A DNA stretch of 64,000 bases from Thermodesulfovibrionales bacterium (GCA_963715195.1 CAVQRT010000006.1:31543-95542); one strand, 5' to 3'; positions 50,604 through 61,241 are shown, numbered from the stretch's first letter. Notes: generated from the sequence alone by a model not told the origin. Program-made: numbers and translations.

Positions 50604-51701
50604 TCAGGGGATGACTGCATATTTTATTCCTCTGCCTTTCGACAGGTTTTCAAAAGCCTTCTGTATCTGCTTCAGTGAAAAATGTCCGGAAATGAGCCGT
50701 GAAGCATTGAACGTTCTTTTGCTGAGAAGCCCGCAGGCATTTTTTACATCAGCAGGAGTATAGTGGAAGACCCCTCTGAGGCTGATCTCATCATAGTGGA
50801 GTCTTTCAGCATCATAGGTAACGGTTGTCCCGGATTTACAGCCTCCAAAGAGGACGACCGTTCCGCCTCGTCTCACGTAATTTATGGAATTTTCCCAGAC
50901 ATCGGGCATACCGGTGCATTCGAAGACACAGTCGAATTTATCGAGAGTACTCTCCAATATAGGAACGCCCTCACCCTTATCCTCTCCCCCTGGGGGAGAG
51001 GGTAAGATTTTATCCCCTTCCGTCGATGGGAGGGAAGCAGGGGAGGGTGAATATTTGCTATCAGATAACGCCACAGAATCTGCGCCAAGTTTTTTTGCCG
51101 TCATTAATTTACTGTGATGTTTATCCATGACGGTAACCTGAACACCCCGATCCTTCAGGAGCAGGAGGTGAAGCAGCCCGATCGGACCTGAACCGATAAT
51201 GAGGGCATGGTCAGTTTTTCTCATATGAAGAAATTCCATGCCATGAACAACGCACGAGAGCGGCTCAAGAAGAGCTGCCTTTTCGAACGGCAGCTGTTTG
51301 GGTTTCCGGAACATATTCTGCTTTACAATATGCGGAGGCAGGAGAATATATTCTGCGAACGCACCGAGGATTTTTGTCCGCATGATGTTTTCACAGAGGT
51401 TGTAAAGCTTTTTTCTGCAGTATCCGCATGCTCGACAGGGAGCACTGTGCACCGCCATAATTTCATCGCCTTCCCTGAATCGTTTTACCCCTTTGCCGAC
51501 TGCTGCGACAATACCGGAAAATTCATGTCCGAAAGGACCCGGCATCGGAATGAAAGGATGACCCCGCCTGAATGCCTTCAGGTCAGTTCCGCAGGTGAGA
51601 GCTGCCTTGATCCTGATCAGGACTTCACCCCGTGAGGGTTTTGGAAGCGCTATCTCCAGCAGTTCGATAACGCCCGGTTTTACAAGGACCGCTGCACGCA
51701 T
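50604..51701 (-). CDS. Zn-dependent medium-chain dehydrogenase with in-frame repeat insertion
   Basis: TCGTD, GHEF, CRACGYC..C, LEPLSC, GSGPIG. Confidence 0.88.
   Translation of the reverse strand: MRAAVLVKPGVIELLEIALPKPSRGEVLIRIKAALTCGTDLKAFRRGHPFIPMPGPFGHEFSGIVAAVGKGVKRFREGDEIMAVHSAPCRACGYCRKKLYNLCENIMRTKILGAFAEYILLPPHIVKQNMFRKPKQLPFEKAALLEPLSCVVHGMEFLHMRKTDHALIIGSGPIGLLHLLLLKDRGVQVTVMDKHHSKLMTAKKLGADSVALSDSKYSPSPASLPSTEGDKILPSPPGGEDKGEGVPILESTLDKFDCVFECTGMPDVWENSINYVRRGGTVVLFGGCKSGTTVTYDAERLHYDEISLRGVFHYTPADVKNACGLLSKRTFNASRLISGHFSLKQIQKAFENLSKGRGIKYAVIP
50968..51050. repeat. CCCTCACCC..CCTCTCCC/GGGAGAGG-type palindromic element inside a CDS
   Basis: CCCTCACCCTTATCCTCTCCCCC-T-GGGGGAGAGG ... 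CCCTTCCGTCGATGGGAGGG ... GGGGAGGG. Confidence 0.8.
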
Positions 51702-51949
51702 CAGATCTCGAGTTTGCCTCCGATGATCTGACCGAGGACTGCAGCAAAAGCAAAAAATGGTATGTATTTCATTTCGATATGCGACAGGGTCCTTATGATA
51801 AAAATAACGGGAATCGGCATGTGTATATAAAGGAACCAGCGAAATGAATACCGTTTTGATTTTGCCCTTGCAAACCCGAAAGGGAGGTTAATCAGTAGGG
51901 TCAGGAAAAAGAGAAGAAGAATCGAGTAAAATTTACTCTGAAGATCCAT
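51701..51949 (-). CDS. Small membrane protein
   Basis: Three hydrophobic segments, NLPFG..WFLYIH.P; TGATG overlap with the dehydrogenase. Confidence 0.7.
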   Translation of the reverse strand: MDLQSKFYSILLLFFLTLLINLPFGFARAKSKRYSFRWFLYIHMPIPVIFIIRTLSHIEMKYIPFFAFAAVLGQIIGGKLEI

Positions 51950-52040
51950 GGTGAAAAATACCTGAAAGCACGCCATCAAGTCAAATTATTGCATGCTTTG
52001 ATGTTGCTATGATAGAACGATAACTAGGAAAGGATACTGA

Positions 52041-52262
52041 ATGGTTGGAAAATCTGAAGAGCAAACTAAACAAAAGATCAGGGAGATTCTGGAAGGTTTG
52101 GAGTGCATGCTGACTGCACATGACAGCTGTGCAGAACTGGCAGAGTACCGGGACAAAAAAGCAGTCATACACTGCGGCGGACCCTGTCTGAAATGCGACA
52201 ACAGGTGCATTGAGGGAGCGATAAGAGACCAATTACCCGACATTGAAGTAATTATTCAATAA
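52041..52262 (+). CDS. Divergent NifU-C/Nfu-like Cys-rich protein
   Basis: AAGGA RBS; GPCLKC and IE..I...LPD pattern of Nfu domains. Confidence 0.55.
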   Translation: MVGKSEEQTKQKIREILEGLECMLTAHDSCAELAEYRDKKAVIHCGGPCLKCDNRCIEGAIRDQLPDIEVIIQ

Positions 52263-52295
52263 ATGTAAGGTGCTATTTCCCAGGAAGGAAATACC

Positions 52296-54662
52296 TTACC
52301 GCATTGCGACAATGGTCACGCCTGCACCGCCTTCCTCATAAGTTCCCTTCCGGGAACTCTTTATCAGCGGGTGACCGTTCAGATGCTCATCAACTGCCTT
52401 TGAAAGAAGACCCTTCCCGATTCCATGAACAATAACAACTTGGGGCAGGTCTGAAAGTGAGGCGTCATTCAGAAAGCGCTCAAGACGTGAAAGCGCTTCA
52501 TCGACCCGCAGGCCGACAAGGGTTATTTTCAGAGAACCCGGTTCTTCAGTCTTGTCCTGCTTTGGCATGGTCGGAGAAGAAACCGGCGGCATGTCCTCCG
52601 GAAATGTTATGTCTGTCAGAGGTACTTCAATCTCCATATTCCTCGCCGAAACTTTAATGCGCCCGCTCTTTTTGATGATGTCGATGACCAGAGCATTGTA
52701 GCCGAGAGATCGTATGAAAACAGTATCCCCTTTCTTGATCTCGTCTGTTGATGGAGCCCTCATGTCTTTGACATCAAATTCCCTCAGCTTTCCGGTGACG
52801 ATCTCCCGGGATTCTTCAATGTTCCTGACGGCTTTCTGCCGTTCGCTCTTCTCTTTCTTTCTGAGCTCATCGAGAAAAATATTCATCTGGCGTTTTGTAG
52901 TGTCGATAATGCCTGATGCTTCACGATATGCATCTGCGAGTACTCTCCGTTTATTCTCATTTGCTTCTGCCAGCTTTTCGGTGAGGATATGATCCCTTTT
53001 CTCAAGGTCCGACTTCTGTTTCATGAGATCACGCAGTGCATTTTCATATTCCAGTCTCTTTGTGTTCAGATCAGAAATCATATGGTCAAGTTCAACCTTC
53101 ATACCGCCGAGCAAGTTTCTCGCATCGTGAATTACGGTGTCGGGGATACCGTATCTTTGCGCTATATCGAGGGCATGTGACTGTCCGGGTTCGCCGACTC
53201 TTAGCCGGTACAGAGGCGTGAAGGTCTTTTGATCAAATTCCATGGATGCATTGAGCATGCCTTCTGTTCTGTGAACGAAGCCCTTGATATCGGATAAGTG
53301 GGTCGTTGCGAATACAAGAGCGCCGCTTCTTCGGATATGTTTCAGTATGGAGCAGGCAAGAGCGGCTCCTTCATCGGGATCGGTGCCGGTACCGAGTTCA
53401 TCGATCAGCACCACAGTGTCAGGTTTTCTGTTTTTCAGGATCTCGGAGATATTTGACATATGGGCGGAGAAGGTAGACAGATTGTTTTCGATGGACTGCT
53501 CATCACCAATATCAACAAGGAGATTTGATACGAGAGGGATAGCAGATGACGAAGCCGCAGGCACAGGCATCCCCGACAATGCCATTACAATGAGCAGCCC
53601 GATTGTTTTGATCGCAATGGTTTTTCCGCCGGCATTTGCCCCGGTGATGACCATAACTGTATGATCACCTCCGAGCTCTGTATCGAGAGGGACAACATGA
53701 CGGGATATGTCAGGCTTTCCGAGCGACAGGTGGAGAAGCGGGTGTCTTGCATGTGCCAAATGAATGTGGATTGATTCGGTGATTACCGGAGTTTCCATGC
53801 CGAGTTGATCAGCGAACCGCGCAATGCTGCTCAGGGTGTCGATGTAGACTACGGTCCTGTATTCGTGCACGCATTCGTCAATCACTTTCCGTATCATGGA
53901 ACAGATCGTGCGGAGGATGCGCAGCTCCTCAGCCTTCTGGTCTGCAATAAGATTCTCCAGCTCATTCGAGAGGTTTATGATGCTCAGGGGCTCAATGAAT
54001 GCGGTCTCACCTGATTTTGAGATATCGTGCACAACGCCGGGTACCATGCCTTTTGAGTCCATCCTCACAGGGATTACCCACCTGCCGGATCTCATCGTGA
54101 CGAAATCGTCCTGCAGGAAGGGGAAAAGCTTCTCGTCACGTGTGAACTCTTCGAGTCTCTTCCGGATCTTCGCTTCAAGTTTCCGAATCTGCGCCCGAAG
54201 GTCAGAAAGAAGGAGCGAAGCTGAATCGAGAACATTTCCTTCGGCGTCGATCGATTTCTGAAGTGTTTTGAGGATATCCGGAAAACCCGTCAGATTGCCT
54301 GCAAGGTGACTGAGCGACGGAATGTCAAATCTTTCTCGAATCGTCTGTCCGATGCCGGAGGCAATATTCAGAATGGGAATGAAATCGGCGAGTTCTATTG
54401 CCTCGAGGACTGCTCCCTCAGGACGTAACTTCATAAGGTGTTGAGTGATGTCGAAAAACGGATACAGCTGCAAAGGCGTGCCTTCATGCGACAGTCTCCG
54501 GATTTCAGCGATCAGACACAATCGTGTTTCGATATCGGCACGGACAGTCAGCGGAGCAATTTTGAGAATATACGCTGATGACGCCTGGCTATTGGATGCA
54601 TCAGCAATAAGGCCGAGTACTTTCGGAAATTCGAGTAAATCGAGAGTGGTTTTCGGGATCAT
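52296..54662 (-). CDS. mutS2: Endonuclease MutS2
   Basis: LEF, GANAGGKT, LSTFSAH, DELGTGTDP, TTH, Smr domain VHGIGKG..EGGAG. Confidence 0.95.
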   Translation of the reverse strand: MIPKTTLDLLEFPKVLGLIADASNSQASSAYILKIAPLTVRADIETRLCLIAEIRRLSHEGTPLQLYPFFDITQHLMKLRPEGAVLEAIELADFIPILNIASGIGQTIRERFDIPSLSHLAGNLTGFPDILKTLQKSIDAEGNVLDSASLLLSDLRAQIRKLEAKIRKRLEEFTRDEKLFPFLQDDFVTMRSGRWVIPVRMDSKGMVPGVVHDISKSGETAFIEPLSIINLSNELENLIADQKAEELRILRTICSMIRKVIDECVHEYRTVVYIDTLSSIARFADQLGMETPVITESIHIHLAHARHPLLHLSLGKPDISRHVVPLDTELGGDHTVMVITGANAGGKTIAIKTIGLLIVMALSGMPVPAASSSAIPLVSNLLVDIGDEQSIENNLSTFSAHMSNISEILKNRKPDTVVLIDELGTGTDPDEGAALACSILKHIRRSGALVFATTHLSDIKGFVHRTEGMLNASMEFDQKTFTPLYRLRVGEPGQSHALDIAQRYGIPDTVIHDARNLLGGMKVELDHMISDLNTKRLEYENALRDLMKQKSDLEKRDHILTEKLAEANENKRRVLADAYREASGIIDTTKRQMNIFLDELRKKEKSERQKAVRNIEESREIVTGKLREFDVKDMRAPSTDEIKKGDTVFIRSLGYNALVIDIIKKSGRIKVSARNMEIEVPLTDITFPEDMPPVSSPTMPKQDKTEEPGSLKITLVGLRVDEALSRLERFLNDASLSDLPQVVIVHGIGKGLLSKAVDEHLNGHPLIKSSRKGTYEEGGAGVTIVAMR

Positions 54663-55888
54663 GGATTATAATATTTCTTCTTTTTTTTGAGATATTCCTG
54701 CCCTACGTATCCACCGTAATCATGCGGATACTTGTAGCCGGTTCCGCGTCCCAATTTTTTTGCTCCCGGATAATGGCTGTCTTTGAGATGATCGGGTATT
54801 TCCATGGTCTCTTCGGTTGAAACATCTTTTAACGCTGCTTCGATTGCCTGATAGCTTGCATTGCTCTTGGGGGCATGTGCGATGTATGCTGTTGCCTGTG
54901 CGAGGGGGATCTTTGCCTCGGGCATGCCGATAAATTCGACCGCACGCAATGCGGAAGAAGCGATAACCAGAGCCATCGGATCGGCATTCCCGACATCCTC
55001 AGAGGCGCAGATGACAATCCTTCGAGCAATGAACCGGGGATCTTCACCCGCGTAAATCATCTTCGCGAGATAATAAATGGCTGCATCAGGGTCCGATCCC
55101 CGCATGCTCTTGATAAATGCAGAGATCGTGTCATAATGCTGGTCGCCTTTCCTGTCATAGACGACGGCCTTTTTCTGAATCGATTCCTCTGCAATTTGAA
55201 TTGTTATATGTATTCGGCCATGATCAGGTGGTGTTGTAAGCGCAGCTATTTCGAGCGCTGACAGGGCTTTTCTTGCATCGCCGTCAGACATTTTTGCGAT
55301 ATGTTTGAGAGCGGGTTCATCAGCAGTGACACTGAGGTGTCCGAGCCCACGGTCTTTATCGTTCAAGGCGGTGCGCAGGATAGACAGAATATCTTGCCCG
55401 GAGAGCGGTTTTAGTTCGAAAATCTGGCTTCTGGAAAGAAGGGCAGCATTGACGTAAAAAAAAGGGTTTTCCACGGTTGCTGAGATCAGGGTGATATTGC
55501 CTTCCTCAACATCCGGGAGGAGGGCATCCTGCTGGAGCTTGTTGAAGCGGTGAATCTCGTCGAGGAAGAGCATTGTTTTGATGCCTCCTGACTTTTTTGT
55601 TTTTGCCTGCTGGATTACTTTTCTGATTTCATCAAGTCCGATGGTTGAGGCATTCAGCCATTCAAAATGGGCTTTGGTTTTAGCGGCGATAATGCGCGCA
55701 AGGGCTGTCTTGCCTGTGCCCGGGGGGCCGTATAGTATGATGGAAGTTATCCGGTCTGATTCGATTGCCCTCCTTAGCAATTTTCCGGCTCCGAGGATAT
55801 GAACCTGGCCCACGTATTCATCAAGATTTCTTGGGCACATTCGGTACGCCAAGGGCTCTTCAACGGGTTCTTTTCCAAACAAATCCAT
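54659..55888 (-). CDS. rarA: Replication-associated recombination protein A
   Basis: [44 protein letters not shown]. Confidence 0.95.
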   Translation of the reverse strand: MDLFGKEPVEEPLAYRMCPRNLDEYVGQVHILGAGKLLRRAIESDRITSIILYGPPGTGKTALARIIAAKTKAHFEWLNASTIGLDEIRKVIQQAKTKKSGGIKTMLFLDEIHRFNKLQQDALLPDVEEGNITLISATVENPFFYVNAALLSRSQIFELKPLSGQDILSILRTALNDKDRGLGHLSVTADEPALKHIAKMSDGDARKALSALEIAALTTPPDHGRIHITIQIAEESIQKKAVVYDRKGDQHYDTISAFIKSMRGSDPDAAIYYLAKMIYAGEDPRFIARRIVICASEDVGNADPMALVIASSALRAVEFIGMPEAKIPLAQATAYIAHAPKSNASYQAIEAALKDVSTEETMEIPDHLKDSHYPGAKKLGRGTGYKYPHDYGGYVGQEYLKKKKKYYNP

Positions 55889-56005
55889 ACTGTATGTTCA
55901 CAGAAAATAGGGAAATTTGCAAATTATCATCGGTATTTCAAAGAATGTCCGACATGATATACTATTTCAAAAAATCTGGCAGGATTCTGAAAAACAGGAG
56001 GGTTT

Positions 56006-57166
56006 ATGTTTCATACCGCAGACCCTGACGATATTATCAGAGGACACATAACCGATGTTTATTTTGAGAGAACGCTCAGGATACTCAAGGCAAAAGGGAT
56101 TAATCCGAATGTAAAGGCAGAATTCATTGGAAAGAGCCTTCCGGACAACTGGCCCTGGGCTGTATTTGCAGGTCTCGAGGAGGCACTGTATCTCATGCAA
56201 CACCTGCCGGTTAAAGTGAGGGCGATGCGCGAAGGAACCGTATTTTATCCCTATGAACCGGTGATGGAGATTGAGGGCAGGTATCAGGATTTCTGTGTGT
56301 ATGAGACCGCTATTCTCGGCCTGATCTGTCAGGCATCGGGGGTTGCAACAAAAGCTGCCCGGTTCAAGAAACTCACCGGTGAAAGAGTGCTTATCAGTTT
56401 TGGCGCCCGCAGGATGCATCCCGTCCTCGCGCCGATGATTGAGAGAAATGCATATATCGGCGGATGCGACGGTGTCTCTGTCATCAAGTCAGGAGAGATT
56501 ATCGGGGAAGATCCGATGGGCACGATGCCTCATGCCTTGATACTGTGCATGGGATCGACGGTTGAGGCTGTCAGGGCATTCGAAGAAGTTTTGGAACCGA
56601 AGGTGAAAAGGGTTGCTCTTATCGATACATTCCTTGACGAAAAGTTTGAATGCCTGAATGTTGCTGAGGCCATGGGGAAAAGGCTGTTTGCCGTCAGGTT
56701 CGATACCCCCTCGTCAAGAAGGGGTGATTTCTTCCGTATCCTCGAGGAAAGCCGCTGGGAACTTGATCTCAGGGGATATCATCATGTCCAGTTTTACGTG
56801 AGTGGCGGGATCAAGGAGGAGGACGTTCCTGTCCTGAATCCGCTTGTCGATGGTTATGGTATCGGCACATCGATCAGCAATGCACCTGTTGTGGATTATG
56901 CCATGGATATCATGGAAGTTGAAGGGGCCCCGCGCGCAAAAAGAGGCAAGTGGTCAGGGAGCAAGCGGTTATTACGGTGTCCAAAATGCGGACAGAGAAA
57001 GATTCTCCCGAACAAGGGAATGAGACATATATGTTCCTGCGGCAGGAAGTTTGAGGACATGCTGATCGCGGTTCTTGATAATGGGAAGTACCTGATCGAG
57101 ACCGCAAAACCAGCGGAGATCAGGAAATACGTCCTGAAAAACGTGAAGAACTTGCCATTAACCTGA
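56006..57166 (+). CDS. pncB: Nicotinate phosphoribosyltransferase with C-terminal Zn ribbon
   Basis: TDVYF, SFGARR, GTMPH, RFDT, SGG, GIGT; CPKC..CSC. Confidence 0.9.
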   Translation: MFHTADPDDIIRGHITDVYFERTLRILKAKGINPNVKAEFIGKSLPDNWPWAVFAGLEEALYLMQHLPVKVRAMREGTVFYPYEPVMEIEGRYQDFCVYETAILGLICQASGVATKAARFKKLTGERVLISFGARRMHPVLAPMIERNAYIGGCDGVSVIKSGEIIGEDPMGTMPHALILCMGSTVEAVRAFEEVLEPKVKRVALIDTFLDEKFECLNVAEAMGKRLFAVRFDTPSSRRGDFFRILEESRWELDLRGYHHVQFYVSGGIKEEDVPVLNPLVDGYGIGTSISNAPVVDYAMDIMEVEGAPRAKRGKWSGSKRLLRCPKCGQRKILPNKGMRHICSCGRKFEDMLIAVLDNGKYLIETAKPAEIRKYVLKNVKNLPLT

Positions 57167-57237
57167 AAAGTGCATTTTTGGTTGACATAATGGTAATGCT
57201 TCCTGCCTGCTGTCTGCTGTCTCCTATCTTCTAAGTT

Positions 57238-58065
57238 ATGGCTTCTTTCTTCATTCTTCTTGCCATCTTCCTCTGGAGCTCGCTCGGTGTTGTTGTCCGG
57301 GTCTCGGATGTTGAAATCCATATCCTTATATTCTATTCACTTCTGGTTTCTGTCATTGCTCAGGGAATAATCCTGTCCGGGAAACAATATCGCCATGAAC
57401 TATTGGATATCAAGAACCTCAAATATCCGGTGATGCTCGGTATTATTTCGTTCACGAACACTTTTCTGTTCTTCTATGCATACAAGAATACGACGATCGC
57501 AAATGCGGTCCTGACCCACTATACAGCACCGGTATTTGTAGCGTTTCTTGCACCCTTTCTCCTGAAAGAGAGGATCACCAGAAAGATCATTATCGTCATA
57601 CTTCTTGCATCAGCGGGGCTCTGGATCATGCTGGACGGTTTCTCAATACAAAAAAATCAAATGATGGGAATTGCTGCGGGCCTTGCCTCTGGTGTTGCTT
57701 ATGCCTTCATTGTTATTTTCCTGAGGATGCACTCGCAAAAATTTACCCCGCTCGTTCTCGCTTTTTTTGCGAACGTGACCATTATCGTCCTGCTCGCACC
57801 CTTTATCAGGGAATTTCCCCTGCATGCTGCAGGGAGCTATCTGTTTATGGGAATCATTCATTCAACGATTGCGCCTATACTTTACTACAGAGGCCTGCAG
57901 GAGGTAACCGCCAATAGGGCTGCAGTCCTCGGTTACCTTGAGCCGGTCTGCGCGATAATCATCAGTATGATCTTCCTCTACGAGATGCCCGGAATTCACT
58001 CAATCATCGGGGGATTGCTGATAATCTTTTCGGGGTATCTGACGTTGCGGAAATCAGTCGCGTAG
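57238..58065 (+). CDS. EamA/DMT family transporter
   Basis: About ten TM segments in two repeats, HYTAPVFV..LKE, YLEPV. Confidence 0.9.
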   Translation: MASFFILLAIFLWSSLGVVVRVSDVEIHILIFYSLLVSVIAQGIILSGKQYRHELLDIKNLKYPVMLGIISFTNTFLFFYAYKNTTIANAVLTHYTAPVFVAFLAPFLLKERITRKIIIVILLASAGLWIMLDGFSIQKNQMMGIAAGLASGVAYAFIVIFLRMHSQKFTPLVLAFFANVTIIVLLAPFIREFPLHAAGSYLFMGIIHSTIAPILYYRGLQEVTANRAAVLGYLEPVCAIIISMIFLYEMPGIHSIIGGLLIIFSGYLTLRKSVA

Positions 58066-58079
58066 CATAGAAATCCTAG

Positions 58080-59303
58080 TTATGCCTTTATCACGTCAAC
58101 CGGTTGGATGCGGATCGCCTTCTGGGAAGGGTAGATGCCTGCGAGGATGCCGATGGTTATGCTTGCAAAAAACGAGAGAAGGTATCCTGCCGGTGAAACC
58201 GTAAAAGGAAGTTTCGCAAACCAGAAGATGAGGATGCTTGCGATGCCACTCAGCAAAACTCCTACAGTGCCGCCAGTGAATGAGATGAAGGAAGCCTCAA
58301 GAAGAAACTGGAGGACAATATCCCTTTTCCGTGAACCGACTGCCCTTCGTATCCCGATTTCGAGCTTTCTCTCGTTTACGATGAGGATCATGATCGAGAG
58401 AATGCCGAGCCCGCCGATGAGAAATGAGACGACTGCGGAAATCCGACCGAGGACTTTGATCATCGACATCGCCTGTGTCTTCAGCGCCATTACGTCTTTG
58501 AGATCGATAACCGTGAAGTCATCACTCTGGCTGTTTTTTATCTTGTGTCGTATGCGCAGAATTTCTTCAATCTGGCTTTTGGCAGCAGGTAGAAACCGTT
58601 CATCAATGACCTGAACAGAGATATTATTAATATAATCTTTGTTCACAAAGCGTCTCAGGTACGTGTTCAGAGGTACAAAGATCTGGTTGTCCTGATCAAC
58701 TCCTGAGATATCCACACCCTTCTCCTGCATTATGCCAATCACCTCGCATGGTACGCGCCAGATGAGGATGTGGTTGCCAATCGGGTCTTTTTTCCCAAAA
58801 AGCCTCTCGGCAACCTTAGTTCCGAGGACGGCAACCTTACTGAGTGTTCTGTCATCTTCAGGAGAAATGAAGCGGCCTTCGCCGGCCGAGAAATTTCTTA
58901 TTTTCGGGTAATTCGATGGAACGCCAACGACGAGTATGGACTTTAGGACAGTATTTTCGTACCGGACCGGGAACAGTGTGTTTCCTGATGCCGATACATC
59001 GCTGATAAATCCTGACCCATGAACCACTGCCTGAGCATCTTCAATTGTGAGAGTTGTTGCCTCACTCAGCAATCTCGTTCTGGCACCAAATTTTCTCACA
59101 ATGCCGCTCCTCACAATCAGGAGGTTTTTCCCGAAGCTCTCCGCCTCTTTTTCGGTTTTTATCATAAGAGAATCGGAGAGGTTTGAAACAACAATCAGTG
59201 AAAAGGTTCCGAGAAAGACGCCGAGGATAGCAAGGGCAGTCCGCAGTTTGAAGTTCAAAAGGGAACGGACCGCAATTCTGAGGTTCAAGAAGATTCTCTT
59301 CAT
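58080..59303 (-). CDS. MacB/FtsX-family ABC permease
   Basis: LRTALAILG, ERKLEIGIRRAVG, QFLLE, GIYP. Confidence 0.9.
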   Translation of the reverse strand: MKRIFLNLRIAVRSLLNFKLRTALAILGVFLGTFSLIVVSNLSDSLMIKTEKEAESFGKNLLIVRSGIVRKFGARTRLLSEATTLTIEDAQAVVHGSGFISDVSASGNTLFPVRYENTVLKSILVVGVPSNYPKIRNFSAGEGRFISPEDDRTLSKVAVLGTKVAERLFGKKDPIGNHILIWRVPCEVIGIMQEKGVDISGVDQDNQIFVPLNTYLRRFVNKDYINNISVQVIDERFLPAAKSQIEEILRIRHKIKNSQSDDFTVIDLKDVMALKTQAMSMIKVLGRISAVVSFLIGGLGILSIMILIVNERKLEIGIRRAVGSRKRDIVLQFLLEASFISFTGGTVGVLLSGIASILIFWFAKLPFTVSPAGYLLSFFASITIGILAGIYPSQKAIRIQPVDVIKA

Positions 59304-59325
59304 ACATTCTCTCTCTCTTATTTCT

Positions 59326-60540
59326 TTATCCTTTGATAGCCTCGATCGGTTTCAAATTGGCTGCTCTATTGGCTGGCTGAAGGCCGAATCCTATTCCCAC
59401 TGCCCATGACAGGAGCAGGCCGATAACAAACGCCTTCCAGGAAAAATGAATAGGAAACTGCGCAATCGACATGAGCAGCCTCGCAGCAACGAGGGCGAGC
59501 AGAAAACCGCAAAGCCCACCGAGCGTTGTAATAAGGACAGACTCTCCGAGAAACTGTATGAGAATGTCCCGTTTTTTGGCACCGGTGGCCCTTCTAATGC
59601 CTATCTCCTTTGTCCTTTCCCTGACTGAGAGAAGAAAAAGGTTTGCGAGCACAAACCCTGCAACGATAAGAGCGATTAAGCCTGTTACCCCAAGGAATGC
59701 GACCAGTGAACCAGTGAGAGCAACGAGGAACTTGACGATTTCACGAGGGGAGATGATCGTAAAATCGTCAGGCTCTTCCTGATGAAGCCTGTGTCGCTTG
59801 CGCAGAAATGACCGCATTTCATCGACATACGTATAGAGATTCTGCTGATCGAGGAATCGTATCCGCATGGCAGACACATATTTTGTCTCGTTTTGAAGCT
59901 TCCTCATTATGGTTGTGATCGGCATAATGACACGGTCGTCGAGGCGATTACCTGTAGGTGTTGTACCTCGTTCCGACAGAACTCCAACAATCTGTACAGG
60001 GATTCTCCTGACCAGAATTGTCTTGCCAACAGGATCCTCATCGCCGAACAGTTCAGCAGCAAGAAACTGTCCGATCAGTCCCACATTTCGCAACCCCTTC
60101 ACATCTTCACCAGTGAAGTCGGAGCCCTGCATGACAGGCCATGTCCAGACCTGGCTGTAATCGCTTGTTGATCCAACGATCAATGTCTGATATTTTTTAT
60201 CTTTATATGAGACCTGAATGTCCCGCATGGAGGTCATTGGAACGACCAGATATGCACTGTAGAAAGACTGCTTTACTGCGTCGATATCATCGAGTGTGAT
60301 CGTTTTCTGGCGCTGACCTGTTGCTCTCGCCTCCTCACCACCGCCGAAGACGAGCAGTGCATCGGGGCCGAAGCGCCCAACAATCTCAAATGCCTTCTGA
60401 TAGGCCCCCTCTGTTGCCGCCACAATGACGGTGATCGAGGCGATGCCGAGAGCCACGCTGATCAGACAGAAGACTGTCCTTAGTTTGAAAGCCCAAATGG
60501 CGTGTATTGACTGGAATGTTATTTTGAGAAGCCTGTGCAT
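59326..60540 (-). CDS. MacB/FtsX-family ABC permease
   Basis: LRTVFC, ERTKEIGIRRATGA, QFLGE, PANRAA. Confidence 0.9.
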   Translation of the reverse strand: MHRLLKITFQSIHAIWAFKLRTVFCLISVALGIASITVIVAATEGAYQKAFEIVGRFGPDALLVFGGGEEARATGQRQKTITLDDIDAVKQSFYSAYLVVPMTSMRDIQVSYKDKKYQTLIVGSTSDYSQVWTWPVMQGSDFTGEDVKGLRNVGLIGQFLAAELFGDEDPVGKTILVRRIPVQIVGVLSERGTTPTGNRLDDRVIMPITTIMRKLQNETKYVSAMRIRFLDQQNLYTYVDEMRSFLRKRHRLHQEEPDDFTIISPREIVKFLVALTGSLVAFLGVTGLIALIVAGFVLANLFLLSVRERTKEIGIRRATGAKKRDILIQFLGESVLITTLGGLCGFLLALVAARLLMSIAQFPIHFSWKAFVIGLLLSWAVGIGFGLQPANRAANLKPIEAIKG

Positions 60541-60556
60541 ATTGGAATCAAAATAT

Positions 60557-61234
60557 TCATTGCATGATCACGCCATCTTGAATCCTTACTGTTCTTCCCG
60601 CATATGCGGCGATGTTTGGGTCATGCGTTATTACGATGACCGTCTTGCCGTCCCTGTTCATCTGAGCGAGCAGATCCATGATCTCGACGGCAGTTTTACT
60701 GTCGAGCTGGCCTGTCGGTTCATCGGTGAGGAGTAAATCAGGATCATTCATCAATGCACGCGCAATTGCTACCCGCTGCTGTTCACCGCCTGATAACTGG
60801 GGTGGCTTGAATTTTATGCGTTCCTTGAGTCCTACGGTCTGGAGAAGTCCTGCCGCCTTTTGTTCGAAGTTATCCCTGCGTTTGTCAATGTAGAGCGACG
60901 GGAGAAGAACGTTTTCCAGAACCGTTGCGTAGGGAAGAAGATAAAAGTTCTGAAATACGAAACCGATATGCTCGTTTCTTATGACTGACAATTCGTCATC
61001 AGAGAGGCGGGAAATTTCCCTATCAGCTAACATGTACCGTCCAGAGGTGGCAACATCGAGGCACCCGATGATGTTCATGAGTGTTGTTTTACCCGACCCG
61101 GAGGTACCCATGATTGCCACAAACTCTCCTTGTTCGACCTGAAGATGAATGCCTCTGAGCACTTCGATGGCTACATCACCCATTTTGTAAGTTTTTCTGA
61201 TATCGTCAAGGAGGCATAATGGCATATCTGACAC
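60557..61234 (-). CDS. MacB/LolD-type ABC ATPase
   Basis: GTSGSGKT, GFVFQ, LSGGEQQR, DEPTG, ITH. Confidence 0.93.
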   Translation of the reverse strand: MSDMPLCLLDDIRKTYKMGDVAIEVLRGIHLQVEQGEFVAIMGTSGSGKTTLMNIIGCLDVATSGRYMLADREISRLSDDELSVIRNEHIGFVFQNFYLLPYATVLENVLLPSLYIDKRRDNFEQKAAGLLQTVGLKERIKFKPPQLSGGEQQRVAIARALMNDPDLLLTDEPTGQLDSKTAVEIMDLLAQMNRDGKTVIVITHDPNIAAYAGRTVRIQDGVIMQ

Positions 61235-61241
61235 TTAAAAT

